DNA of 64,000 nt from Sminthopsis crassicaudata (taxonomy: Eukaryota): the NCBI RefSeq assembly GCF_048593235.1, contig NC_133618.1:254783882-254847881 (forward strand). Direction: 5' to 3'. The notes under the pieces were generated by a model. It was not told the origin of the DNA and searched no databases. It saw only the letters and a list, made by a program, of their open reading frames with translations. Position numbers and translations under genes: made by a program. How positions within the stretch are numbered: the first letter of the stretch is position 1; each line of letters starts with the position of its first letter. Below are positions 21,793 through 34,329 of the stretch, piece after piece.

Positions 21793-24700
21793 ATGGATGA
21801 GAATAGTGTGGAAGCTTCCATCCAGACCTACCATGTGCAGCTGCAGCAAGTGGAGCTGGCCCTGGGGACCGGCCTGGACCCTACTGAAAAGGCCGACTTG
21901 CTTCAGCTCCAGGCGGACTTAAAGCAGCTGATCGAGCTGACTGAGTCCAGTCTGGTGTCCATCAAGAAGAGCAAGCTCCTGGCCACGCTGGACCCAAGCC
22001 TGGGCCTCATTGAGAGTGCGGTTAGGGACGAAGCGGAGTACTTGGCCTTCCAGAATGCCATTAGTGAAGTGGCGGGAGAGTCGGAGGCTCACGGTGCTGA
22101 AACAGCGACCTCTCCTGGAAGGGGAGAAACGGAGCCCGACAAATCCGGACATGAAGAGGAAGAGGAGGAAGAGCTGAGTGGGATGAAAGTGAATGCTCCC
22201 TACTACAGTTCCTGGGGCACTCTGGAGTACCACAATGCGATGATTGTGGGGACCGAGCAGACCGAGGAGGGCGCCGCAGGGGTCCGGGTGCTCTATCTCT
22301 ACCCCACTCACAAGTCCCTAAAGCCCTGTCCCTTCTTCCTGGAGGGAAAATGTCGATTCAAAGAGAACTGCAGGTAATTTCTCTCCCGTACTATTCCACC
22401 CTCACAGGTACCAGGACAACAGCCTCAGCTTGGAATGGTTGGGAGTGACTGGTTTAGGTTTAAATCGTTTCCCAGGCTGCCAAGAGGTGCCAGGTAGCTG
22501 AGGCACGCTCGGGATTGTTTCCTTACCCGCGCTAGGTATATGCAATATAGGCCGTTGGCAGTAGTTAGAAATTAGGGTTTGGGCTTCTCTGGTGGAGGGG
22601 GCACATTGGGGAGGAGGGTTCTGGACCAGAGTTTGATCCTAGGCACGTCCCCTTCTCCACTCCTCGGTTTACTCCTCTGTTAAATAGGACTATACTTCTT
22701 TGAGTGCTTTGAGTTCTCCTGTATCGCACATGTGTGAAGCAACCTTTCAAATGCTGTAGCTACTCACCCACAGTGAGTACCCTTTGTGTCCACTGAGATG
22801 CCGTGGTGGGGTTCTGCTCCCAGTGCCTCGGGGAGGGGAGGGATGGGGTGGAATAAGGTACTGCAAGGGTATCTGCTTTTGTTCTTGTTTGCAAGGCTTA
22901 TGGAGAGACATTAATTCTTTGTTGGCCTTAAGCTGGCACAAGGGACTCTTCTTCCTTGACTCTACGTACCCTTTTTTATTCAAAAGAATTCAGCCCAACT
23001 AAATGAGCAGCACTATAAAAAACATGATAAGATATATAATCCAAGATCCTCACACTTGAATTTGTGTGGAATCAGCTGTGTGAGCTTTCTTTAACTGTGT
23101 ACATCGGCAACTTGGGGCCTAACTGGTTGTCGTAAAGGAACTGTGGATAAGCCACTGAGCTGATGATCCACTCCCAGAGAATTGAGAGTTTCCTGTAAAC
23201 ACCTGTTCCACCAAAAATAGTTAAAATAAAACAGGCCACAAACTCCCTTTTATTTTTGAATGGGATACCTCTTTTTTGGCATTTATCTGATTCTCTGCGT
23301 TTGAGGGCAAGTTCTGACAGGTACTGGATTTGCTTCTTCTTGGTACTTGATGTTAGTACCATTTATGTATGGGAATATTTGACTTGTGCTTAACCTAATC
23401 CCTACAGGTTCTCCCATGGGCAAGTAGTTGCTGTAGATGAGCTTCGCCCCTTCCAGGAGCCAGACCTGAGTACTCTGCACACAGGTTCAGCCTGTCTGGC
23501 TAAGTATGATGATGGAATTTGGTATCCAGCCCGGATCACAGGTGAGCTATTAGGTCAGGGGATGATTAAGGCTTTTTTTAACCAGTTTCTCTTGAAATGA
23601 TTGTCTCCTCATTATGATTTTGGGAGCTGAATTTTATTTCAATTTTTTTCTCCCAAGATATAGATAAATCAGTCACTTGTTAAAATTTAATATCTTTATT
23701 TTTATCATGTGTTAGATACTGAGATTGCTTCTGTAACAATATTTAATGAAGACAGTAATTGAAAAACTCTTTGAATATGGCAGTAAAACAAGCCAAGAAT
23801 CGATTATAGTTGGTTCTTTAGTGCTATCAAGTAAAACACCTCTAGAAGAAGTAAACTTGTTTCCCCAGATATCTGTCAAAGTTTGACCTATATTCAACCA
23901 TTGAGTCTACAAATGTTTATTAAGTTTATGATGTTGCAGGCATGGTACTAGGAATATAAATACAAAAATCAAATGGTCCCTGCTCTTGAGGAGCTTAGAG
24001 TCTAATAAGGTGTGAATAAGATATTTGCAGATAAGTCAGTACAAAGTAACATATAAAGCACTTTTCATCGTGGAGGAGAGCACTGACAACATAAGGTATC
24101 AGGAAGTAGCACTTGAATTGAGCCTTGAAAGGAGTAAACAATTCTAAGAAGCAGAGGTGAACAAGTAGGGCATCCTAGGAATGAAACAACCTATGCAAAG
24201 ATACAGAAGTTAGAGTCGAAATGTCATGCACAGCAAGCAGCAAGTATGTCAGTTTGATTGGCATGTGGAATAGGTGAAAATCAGTCTGGAAAAATAAATT
24301 GGAGTCAGATCTTAGAAGTGCTTTAATGTCAAACAGAATAATGTGTTTTACACATTATTCTGTTTGACAGTACAACTATTAGGAAGCCACAAAACTTCTT
24401 GATCGGAAGTGTCATGTAGACAGACACATGGGTAATAATTGAAATAAAATACTAGACTTTGGGTAGAAACTCCAGATTATTATCAACTAAATACATAACA
24501 TTTTATAATATTGGGCAGTAAGTAGTCTTAAGTTTCTTGCTTTAGTTTCCTCATCTGTGACATTTTATTTTCCACCTTTTGTTTTTGTTTTCTTATCCTT
24601 TTTGTTTCACATGATTTTGTTTTCACATGATTTCACAGTTAATTGGTCTGTTCTTCCTCACATAGATGTGGACAGTGGTTACTACACAGTCAAGTTTGAC

Positions 24701-26979
24701 TCACTGCTTCTCAAAGAGACTGTGGTGGAGGGGGATGGTATTATGCCCCCCCTCCGAAGTGAAGACAGTACACTTTCAGAATCTGATGGAGATGATGTGG
24801 ATGATTCCAGCTATGCCAAAGGTACTGAGATGGCTCTGCATTACTCATGTTCAGTAATGGAGCACTACTATCCTTGCCTTCCAGTTCAGGGTATAGGAAA
24901 TGTAGAATTCTCTGTTCACATGAAGACCAGTGGAAAGGTAGGAGCTAAGTACCTATTGGTCTTTCTTCAATTAGAAAGTATTTTGTTCTATCCCAGTCTT
25001 CTTGGGATTCTTTGACAGCTCTTATTTCTGTAGTGCTTCAATATTTGCAGAGTGTTTCCTCATAGCAATTCTACAAGGATGAAGGGGAAAATGTTGTCAC
25101 CTTCATTTGACAAACAAAAATGAAGTTAAGAGAGGCCAGGATCCTTGCCTACATTCACGCCATTAGTACATGGTGGACCCAAGTTTTTAAATGTTCATTC
25201 CTTTGCAATCAGTTACTACAACTCCAAACCTCTCTGGAGTTTGCATTGATAATTGGTGCTAGTCTATAGAGGAGACAAATACAAAACGGTGGAATAAATA
25301 GTTTTACTATGTTACTATGAGGAAGAGAGGAGGAGAAAAAGGTAATACTTGTATTGTTCTCTAGGGAGAAGTCCTAAAGTAGGGTTATCCATATATAGTC
25401 TGCCTAGGATCTTAACCTGTACCTACTAGACTCATCTATAAGAGTTGCAACTACCATGGAATTCCTCTTTTCCCTCTTGAAGGCAGAAGAGGATACTGGA
25501 ATGTTAACTTCTGAGTTCAGATTTCATGAGGAGGAATCCCTTGCTGCATGGTCACTTCCTTAATTAAGCTGGTGACCACCTCTGTTTTTCTTGTAGTTAT
25601 GGAGTCAGAAGCCTTGGAAAAAGGGACTTGGGGCCCTGCTTGCAGCTCCTCATTTGCTGGCTGGGAGGCACATACCCGTGGCATTGGTTCCAAACTTCTC
25701 GCTCAGATGGGCTATGAGTTCGGCAAAGGTAATTCCTTTTAGCCTTGGAGGCATATCTTCAACCCAACACAGTCTTCATATTTATGTTGAAGAATAGCAT
25801 TAATTTGTTATCATTGATTCCAGCTATGTAGTTCTGTAATTCCATATGGAAAGATAACATTTCTCTTTTACTCCCAACCCTCATTTGTCATCTTAGGTCT
25901 TGGAAAGAATGCTGAGGGCCGGGTCGAGCCCATCCATGCAGTGGTGCTTCCAAAGGGGAAGTCTTTAGATCATTGTGCTGAAATTCTTCAGAAAAGAACG
26001 AGCAGCAAGACAAACCTTGGCAAACCAAGGAAAAGCCAGGCTAAGGGGAATGGAGTCAAGGGACGCCCACCCCAACGCAATGTGTTTGATTTCCTAAATG
26101 AAAAACTCCAAGGCAAGGTTGCTAGAGTCCAAGAGGAAAGGAAGGTCCAATCCTTTAAGAGGAGTAGCAAGGAGCTCTACCATGCCAGCAAGAGTACCAA
26201 GCGATCCCTAAGTGTACAGCTCTTCCAGATCTTGGAGAAGGTGGAGCAAACTCAGAGGGATATCCGAAGCATACAGGAAGCCTTGGCCCGGAACATTGGC
26301 CGGTATGATATGGAGTCTTCTTGGAGAGGGATGATCCTGAGGAAAGACTAGATAACAGATGGGTGTCACCTAGAAAGGGTTTGAGCCAAATCAACAAGCA
26401 TTTAAGTGCTAAGTGCCAGTCATTGTTTTAACAACCTTTTATCTCAGTTTAAAGATGAGATTAGCCTTGAGCTCTCCCAACCAGGCTATGACTATATGAG
26501 AAGTATTGGTTTCTGAGAGGGAGTATCTGAGCATAGAGTACCGTTAGGTCAGTTTGCCAGCTTTGAGATATTTCTTGAGTCCCTCAAAAGGAACTTAGTC
26601 ACTCTAAAATTGCTTAAAGTAAAAAGCAGACAGTCCCTACCCTCATGGAGCTGCTACTCTAATAAAAACAAGACAAACACTACTTTGCAATCACTATCAA
26701 ATCATGGAAAATATATTTTTAAAAGGGGGGGGGGGAGATGTAGCAGAAGCTATAGAGAATCACTGAATTAATTTGAGAAGGTTTATTTGATGGGAAAGCT
26801 GAGGCTAGTCTCAAGTATAACTCTTATGGTTTCTTTCTAGTCATAGTGTGGCCACAGCCCAGCTGGAGGAGAAATTGGCTGGAGCCCAAAAGGAGCTGAA
26901 GAATCTCCGGGCCCAGGAGGCAGGTTTGCAGCGAGAACAGAAGACTGCTGACACACACAAGAAAATGACAGAGTTTTAG
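21793..26979 (+). CDS. ZGPAT: Zinc finger CCCH-type and G-patch domain-containing protein, complete CDS, 515 aa
   Basis: Coding exons: 21793-22373 (MDENSVEASIQTY...CPFFLEGKCRFKENC), 23408-23541 (RFSHG, Tudor-like), 24666-24821, 25597-25728 (G-patch GIGSKLLAQMGYEFGK), 25897-26302 (GLGKNAEGRVEP), 26841-26979 (..ADTHKKMTEF*). Total 1548 nt, GT-AG, phases consistent. Confidence 0.97.
23895..24380 (-). mobile_element. L2 remnant in ZGPAT intron
   Basis: caaatgtttattaag...aaatggtccctgctcttgaggagcttagagtcta is the reversed L2 3' end; boundaries approximate. Confidence 0.6.
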
Positions 26980-27652
26980 TGCTGAAGCTGGAGTTCCCCC
27001 TTGGCTCCTGAGTTCATCCTTCCTCTTTTCTCTTTACCCCCACCCCCCATCCACTCCCCTGAAATGGGTGTGGCCCAGGCCAGAAAACTCAGTTCCTTCC
27101 ATTCTCCTCCTCTGTTCCTAGGCACCTGGTACTTGAGAGGGCAGGCCCCACTAGGGATTCCTGCGCCATCCTTAGTGAGCTCTGCTTCAACCTTTCTTGA
27201 CTGGAGATCCCTTCTTTGGGGCCACAGTTGTGGATAAGGGATGGGGATTTAGTACTAGCTGGAGACTCCCAAGGAATGGGCTGGCTAATTATATCATCTT
27301 TTCCCACACTCCCCCAGAGCCAGACTCCCTGACAGACTCACCCATCAGCTACTTTGTGCCCTCCACACTCTATAGAAGGGTGTAGCCTGAGACTGGTTAA
27401 GGTCAGGTGTCACTTCTCCTCCTCCCAAAACACACTGAGAGCAGATGGAACCGGAGAGGAGGCCCAGAGGAGCAGGGTCTACTTTGCTTTGCTGGTGACC
27501 TCAGGCCTGTCCAGACACAGACCATGCTGTGCTGATGGCATTTTGACTTGGGGCAGCCTCTTCTTGGGAGGGGGGGGATACTTTTCTCGACACTTGTTTT
27601 CCAGTTTGTTGTGCCACAAGGCCTTAGGAAGGAGTTTTTCTTAAACAAAATG

Positions 27653-27658
27653 ATTAAA
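27653..27658 (+). terminator. Probable ZGPAT polyA signal (variant ATTAAA)
   Basis: Followed by GU-rich gtgacgttgttgctgtgtc; no AATAAA seen between the stop (26979) and here. Confidence 0.6.
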
Positions 27659-30131
27659 GTGACGTTGTTGCTGTGTCATTAAGTGGAGAGTCTTTGGTGG
27701 AAGGCCAAGATCAGAACGAATGAAGTAGCTCCTTGGGTTCATAAGGGTATAGCACTTGGAAAGATATAAAGATTCAGGGGAGTGTGAAAGAGGAGAATTG
27801 GGGAATGGTAGAGATTGCTTGGTAGGAGCTGTGGCTGACTGGATTCCCTGTCTCTTTAAAAGTGTCCAGTGGCCATGGCCATTTGGGCAAAGAGATCAGT
27901 CAGTCAGATGGGGGATGACCTTTCAGCCCTCACCTGAATCCAAATGTGGCTTCTCTGTCAGGCCAGTATGGCAAGTAAAAGAACCCAGACAAGAGAGAAC
28001 CAGGCATGGAAGTTACCCCACAGATAGGCTGTAATTCCACACAAGGACCAGAAAAAAGGTGGGTGGTGGCTGACTATTGGCCTTTGATTACTGCAGGGCC
28101 TTCTTTAAGCCTAACATTGAATCGGAGGGCCTGAGGGTGCTTGCCCAGGCTCCAGCAGAGGGAGTATTGCTTTGCTAGGCCCCTGCAGTCTTGAGTATTG
28201 TGGGTGATAGAGGTTTAGAAACTCAAGGGAGGGTTGTGTGGGGAGGTGTGATAGGCGGGGGCCAGGAAATGAGCCTTCAGTGATGAGGGTGGGGACTGAA
28301 CAAAGGAGCTACCACTTTAGAAGACATGTCCCGAGGCTGGCTGGCAGGTCTCCAGCCTCCATCCTGCAGGGCCAAGAGGCAGATACCTCGGAGGGCAGAA
28401 GCAGCACCTGGCATTGTAGGGGCTTTGAAAGGAGACGCCAGCCCAATCTGGAAGTAAGTGCTGCATGGGCTTGGGTTCTACTAGAAAAGGCCTCTGAAGC
28501 TTCTGGAAAGCAAAGGCAAGTTAGATCCCAACTATACCCCAGGCTTATCCTGCGGACAGTTTAGAAGTGAATATTTGGCATAAAAGCCATCCCACTTAGT
28601 ATCAAGTCAGCTAGATGCTCTTCAACTCAAATACCAGAGCATGGATAATGCCAGTAAAGCCAATTCAACCCCCCTTTCGGATGGTAGGGAGGAAAAAGGC
28701 AAAGTTCAGAAATTAGTCTCTATGGAACTAAGTCAAACCCATTTGAATTTTGGGGAGTACATTTTCCCATCCCTTATCAGCACTCCAAGTCAAGATATCT
28801 TTTTTTTCGGGTAATAATGGAAATCTTTTTGGGAGAACTCTCCAAATTCAGTAGCCAGTTTCATCCAGTTTTTTGATGTCTTTCTAGTGTTATTCATACC
28901 CCATTAGGAACCATGTTGCTCTCTGGATTTTAACTCAAAAGCTGGAAAGTGCCTTGTTCCCATTGTTGAGTTAGGGGGAGGAACCTCTCACCTCCACCCT
29001 TAACAGAAGCCTTCACATCACTTCTTAAATCTTGGGGTCATGGGGTCATCAGGAAGAAATAAAAAGCAGTTGATTCTGTGAAAGGGCTTCTGTTTTTGCC
29101 TTGTCAGGTTGGGTAATAGGGAGAAGGTACAGAAACTGAAGGTCAAGGTAAGATCCCCAACAGGTCTCTTTCTCCTGTTGTTTTCCTTGATCCCTCTCTG
29201 AAATCCAATTTTTTTTCTCCTGGCCTCAGAGTTCTGAAGTTATCAAACCTCAGGTGGTTTAGAGGGTGGCAGTTTCCCTCCTTTTCCAGCTGTTGGACTT
29301 AGTGGCAGCAAGAGCCTTTGGACTTCTAAAGTAAATGCATTCTCATTAAAAATGCTCTGGCTAACTTCATATACTAGATGCAGTGGTCAACTCTTTGTGC
29401 CCTGAATTGTGAGGCTGAACTTGGTGAACTTGAAATGATAAAATCGCCTTCACCTTCAATTTACAGGCTTTGTGGTTTGTGGGGTCAGTAGGGGTTACTT
29501 GTCTTCAGTTTGGTGTGAAACCACAGCTGATTCCAGGTCAGCAGAACTTGAAATCTGTTAGATATAGTATTGGGGTGAAGGGAGGGAGGTTGTCTGATGG
29601 GCAGTGGGTTGAGTGAGCCATTTTCATTGTTCCCTCTCCTTCCCCCAGAGTTTTCCAGGAACTTTGGTGAACCTTGGTGTAGCAAGAGATCTTGCCATGG
29701 GGTGAAGTCTTTGGGAGAAAGACATACCCCTGACTCCCTTTCATATTGTAAAGAATCAGAGTTAGGTAGGCTAAACCTAACTAGACTTTTCTCAGACTGG
29801 AAGTACCTACCTCATCTAGCACACTTATGGACAGATACTTGGACATAAATGCAGATCAGTAAGGATGGTTTTTTAAGATACCAGCTCTGGCACTGTTAGC
29901 AACTCAACTACATTAGAGACCACAGGCAGTGGGGGAAAGGGGTGTGAGAAGCCTTTTGGTTTCCTGTTCGCTGAGTCAGAGCATCCCCTACCTCCAATTG
30001 CTTTTGGAGGGGGAGGGGAAGGGATGGTATCCTTCAGAGATTCAAATTAGGAATTTCTCATTCCGTCACAACTACACTGCACTTCTTGACCTGGCCCCTT
30101 TTCCACAGGCCATAGTACAACAGCTCCCTGA

Positions 30132-33081
30132 ATGGCAGGGGTTCAGGCTGCCCCTCAATCCCATTTCCCTTCAGTCCTTTGGGTCCTGAGCTGCCTGTTC
30201 TTGGTTCTTATGCTTTGTGCTTTGTGCACCACCTGCCACAGGTATGTCACCTATCATTCTAAACGACTCCCATTTCAGCATGGATTCAGTTCAATTAATC
30301 ATACGCACAAAAGGCATATTTGTAGATGACAGGGAGGATCCCATGAGGAAGTTCTAGGGGTACTTACAGGCTGCTTGAGAGGTGAGACTTGAAGAAGCAA
30401 TAGAGTAAGGTGCTAAATGCCAGGCACAATGTATGAAAGAAGACAGTTTTGATTAAGAAAAGAGCAGCGTGAGCTGAGGGGGTAGCCTGCTCCTAACCTC
30501 CTTCAAGGACAGAGATACAACTTGAACTGATTTTGAAGATTGGCTGTTATTTCAAAGCAGGGAGTAAGGAAGGAAAGAGTAGAAGGAAAGTATGTACATG
30601 GTAGAGAGGAAATTTGATGTATCGAAAAGAAAAATGAACTTGAAATCAGAAGACTTGAGTTTTATACCATGCCACTTTGTCAAAGTCACTTTCTTTTATC
30701 CACCCCCACTAGCTTCAATTCCCTCATCCATTAAAAAGAGAGACTTAGGGAACAGCTAGGTGGCGCAGTGTATAGAGCACCAGCCCTGAAGTCAGAAGGA
30801 CCTGAGCTCAAATCTGGCCTCAGACACTTAACATTTCCTGGCTGTGTGACCCTGGGCAAGTCACTTAACCCCGATTGCCTCAGGAAAAAAAAGACTTGAA
30901 GTGATTTCTAGGGTGCCTTCCAGCTCTTATCATTCCATGATATTATTCAAGTTTCCTCTTCAGTAAAATGAAGGAGTTAAACTAGATGGCCAAGACTTAT
31001 TATCTACATTCTGTGACTTCATGTCCAGCCTCTCAGCTTTTTGTGAGGCATGCACTTTAGAAATAGTATCTATGATATTACTCCACAGAACAAAATGGGA
31101 ATGAGAGATAGTATCAGAGAGAAGGAAGAAAAGGAGACAGGGAGACAGGGAGGGAGAGGGAAAAAAAAAAGAGCTAAAGGAAGTATAAAGTGGTATATAT
31201 TGTAGGATAGTGAGACATGAAGCTAGGGAAAAGCCTTGACCTTGACAGGCCAAGGAGTTTGACTTTTATCTTGTCTGCAAACACCAAATGATAAAACCAG
31301 AGTTGTGTGGCTGAAAACATGAAGGATAAATTGAAGCAAGACAGAAAATGGTGTTTCTAAAACTTTCCATATGCGTCTAAGCAAGTAATTTCTTTGTACC
31401 TCAGTTTCAAAAAAAAAAAAAAGTTGGTTGGAAGCTTCTAGGTCTTAATATTTTAGAGGCTACATGATATAGTGGAATGAGTGTTGGAGAGACCTGGGAT
31501 CAAGTCCTGGATTTGATAATCAACATCCACCTGGACAAATCACTTACTCTGTAAAAATGAAGATGTTAATGCTTATTACACATAGATCACAGAATTGTGA
31601 GGAAAGTGCTATACAAATCTGAAAATTAAATGCATATCTATAATCATATGGTACTGTGATATCCATCACTTAAGATACTTTGCCCTAACCCCTCCTCCCC
31701 CATTTTTGTGACAAGTGGAAGTGGTAGTAGAACTTTGTGGCAACTTGGGGTCTTGGGCGCTGGTGGGCAAACCCCTCCCACTCAGGGCCTGAAGATCCAC
31801 AATCAGCAGAGACTAATTCCCTTTGCCTCTCTCCCCTTCTGTTCTCCAGAAAGGGTAAAAGAAAGCAGCAGTCTTCCATGAAGCTAGTGGATGTGGTGAG
31901 TGACTTTAGATGGGACAGCCTCAATGTGACACATAACCCTCTTTACATGTGCTTCTGGTTGAAAATAAGGGAAGTACTGATTAGATTTCCCCTCTCTCAT
32001 CTCATTACTGAGACAGACCCAGCTTCGTTCTCTCAGCAAGTCAGATTCCAAACTGCATGAATTCAACCGGGGTCCCCGAAACAGTAAAGGTGAGGGATTC
32101 TTTGTCCTTTTTAGCCCTATCACCAAGAGACCAAGTAGGTTCTTATCTTCACTCTGTTTCTTTCTCTCACCCCAAGTCCCAGTGTCTCTCTCTCAACTTG
32201 CTATTCTTTCTTGTAGCCCAGCGTCCTATCAGCATTGACCTCTTATTCCCACGTTGGCCAGGAGAGATCAGGGCTGACATCGAGGTGACCACAGTGCCTC
32301 CTGTCTTTATTCACCGTGAGCTGCCCCAACCCCCACTTGCTTCAGACTATTTGACCCTTGGGTCTACCTATTCCAATGTGAGGCTAACAGCTACTCGGAG
32401 GGGTCCCCCCATGACAGAAAGGGGAGAAGAACAGCTGAGGACTTCAGAGAAGTTGGTAATGCCAGAGTATGCCTGTGTACAGAAGATCAAGAAAGGGACT
32501 GAGGTGGGATCCAGCGGGACAGGTCCCAGCGATTCAGTCCTTGGGGAGAAAAAAGCTCTAAATCTGGAAAAAGCAGCTGAGGTAAAGTGGGTGTGAGGGA
32601 TTGGAGAGGTCTGAGTGGGGGGAATAGTAGCAGTGCTTTCCCTTGAGAAGAAGAGGCATGGGGAGGGGAGCAGATCAGGATAGCTAGAGTGTGTTTTTTC
32701 TTTCTGATCCCAATTTCTCCTTTCTTTCCTGACCCTCTAACCAAGGTGTAGACTGAAGATCCTTACTGGTATCCAGGTCACTCTGGTTTCTGTATTTGTC
32801 CCCAGGTGGAGGTTCTGTACTCCAAAATCAACAGGCTAGGCCGGAAACCCTTGGAGCCCACTGGGAACAGAGCTCTCTGTAACAAGATGGACAGAGATAC
32901 TCAGGCATCTCTAATGGAGACTACAAATGAACAGAGCCAGAGTCCTGCCATAAACTCCTCCTACAAGACTGGCAGTCCCACTTGGAGCAAGAATACAGGA
33001 AATGGGCTTACTGAGAATTTTTATGAGAGCATAAGTGAAATGGAGGGGCTTGGGTGGCCTAGGCTACCTAGTAGTGCATAG
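30132..33081 (+). CDS. LIME1: Lck-interacting transmembrane adaptor 1, about 289-294 aa
   Basis: Exons: 30132-30241 (TM helix plus CTTC palmitoylation motif; acceptor at 30109), 31850-31895, 32017(or 32002)-32089 (LRSLSKSDSKLHE), 32217-32581 (YSNV, EYACV), 32806-33081 (VLYSKI, ENFYESI). Motifs match recalled human LIME1 and phases are consistent. The acceptor of the third coding exon is anomalous (see findings). Confidence 0.9.
30748..30892 (+). mobile_element. WSINE1-type SINE inserted in a MIR, LIME1 intron
   Basis: gggaacagctaggtggcgcagtg (A-box)...gagctcaaatc (B-box-like)...A tail; flanked by aaaaagagagactt / aaaaaaagactt. Confidence 0.85.
31440..31630 (+). mobile_element. MIR fragment
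   Basis: ggatcaagtcctgg...ggacaaatcactta...tgtaaaaatga...gaattgtgagga. Confidence 0.6.
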
Positions 33082-33121
33082 ACTCATAAGCCCTCTGGAG
33101 ATTTATGAAAATAAGGGGAAA

Positions 33122-33127
33122 AATAAA
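33122..33127 (+). terminator. LIME1 polyA signal; very short 3'UTR (about 65 nt)
   Basis: AATAAA 40 nt after the stop, followed by GU-rich ggttgtgtgtgtatcatctttgtg. Confidence 0.65.
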
Positions 33128-34329
33128 GGCAAAAGGTTGTGTGTGTATCATCTTTGTGATCCTGGGATTGGGATGGAGGAACAAGGAGAGAAAGAATCTG
33201 AAGCTGGGAAATTTTCAATCTGTCTGCCTTATCCCTTACCATGTTCAGGTGCTTTTTCCTGGGGCTTCTGTTTGTCCTTGAGCACACACTCAGGGTGACA
33301 CAGGAGGTGCAAACGGGACAGACAGTCTGGGAGACTGAGTGATACTGTGTATGGACCAAAGGGAGCAGTGGCAGTTCAGAGGAGATACCTAAGGGATGAG
33401 TATCAGGGAAGGCTTGGGGAAAATGTAAAATGTGTCAGGTAGAGATGGGATATAGAGACCACATGTAGAAAGCTTACCAGAGAACAAAAGTGTAACACAA
33501 GGAAAATGAAACATTGGTATAAGATGTTGGACAGCTAACAGCATCCTTCCTGTGCCTGAATATCTCTAAGCCATAAACGAAGAGGTTGCTCTGTCCTGTG
33601 ACTGCAGGGTCAGGGACTGACTTCTAGGGGAAAAGAGCTCTCCGGGGTCTGGTGAATTTTGGCTATTGTAAGGAGAGGGTTAAGGAATGCCGAAATTGGC
33701 AAGAACTGGTCCCATCCCTAGTCTGCCCAGCCCCCACAGTTACGTAACTGGTTGTTGAAAATTAACCTGGATGGTGAGCCGGGCCCTAGTGAAGAGCGGA
33801 GACAGGACTGGAGGAGGTATTTCATCCTGAGCCACGGGGTATTAAATCCAGTAAAATACAGCAATAGAGAGGCAGGTGATCTGTGCTGGGGGCCATGTTA
33901 CTCTCCAGTCCCAACTACAAACGCTGCTTCTTCTCCAAGGGGTCATGTGCCCCATTTCGTCCTGAGGTCTACAAGGCCGGTGGGCACAATGGCACTATTG
34001 CCTTAAATAAGAATGCCGGCCTCCTCAGTCCTCTCCGGGGATGGCAAGGCAATCTTGAGACTAGGTCCCGATTTCTGGGGATCCAAAGATTGCGATTCCT
34101 AGAGTTCGGAGGCCGCATTGGAAGGGGACTAAGAGAAAAGAGACCCAGGGTTAGAACGGGGAGGGCAGGGCGTTCAGCAGGCCTATCTGAGATGCTGTCA
34201 GTTTAAAAGATCCTTTGGTAAACATGCACGCCAGGATATCCCACCCCCCAAGCCCAGGAGCCCGGCAATGCCGTTCCAGAACCTGCCATGTGGCTGCTGG
34301 AGACCTCGGGCCGGGGACTGAAGGCAACT

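Noticed and set aside
24557-25015. 152-aa ORF as an independent gene
   Set aside because: It is ZGPAT exon 24666-24821 extended into flanking intron. The same applies to ORFs 25941-26351, 32057-32596, 17289-17531 and 15420-15605.
30748-30830. tRNA-like A/B boxes as tRNA genes
   Set aside because: They are SINE heads followed by a CORE domain and polyA; no cloverleaf.
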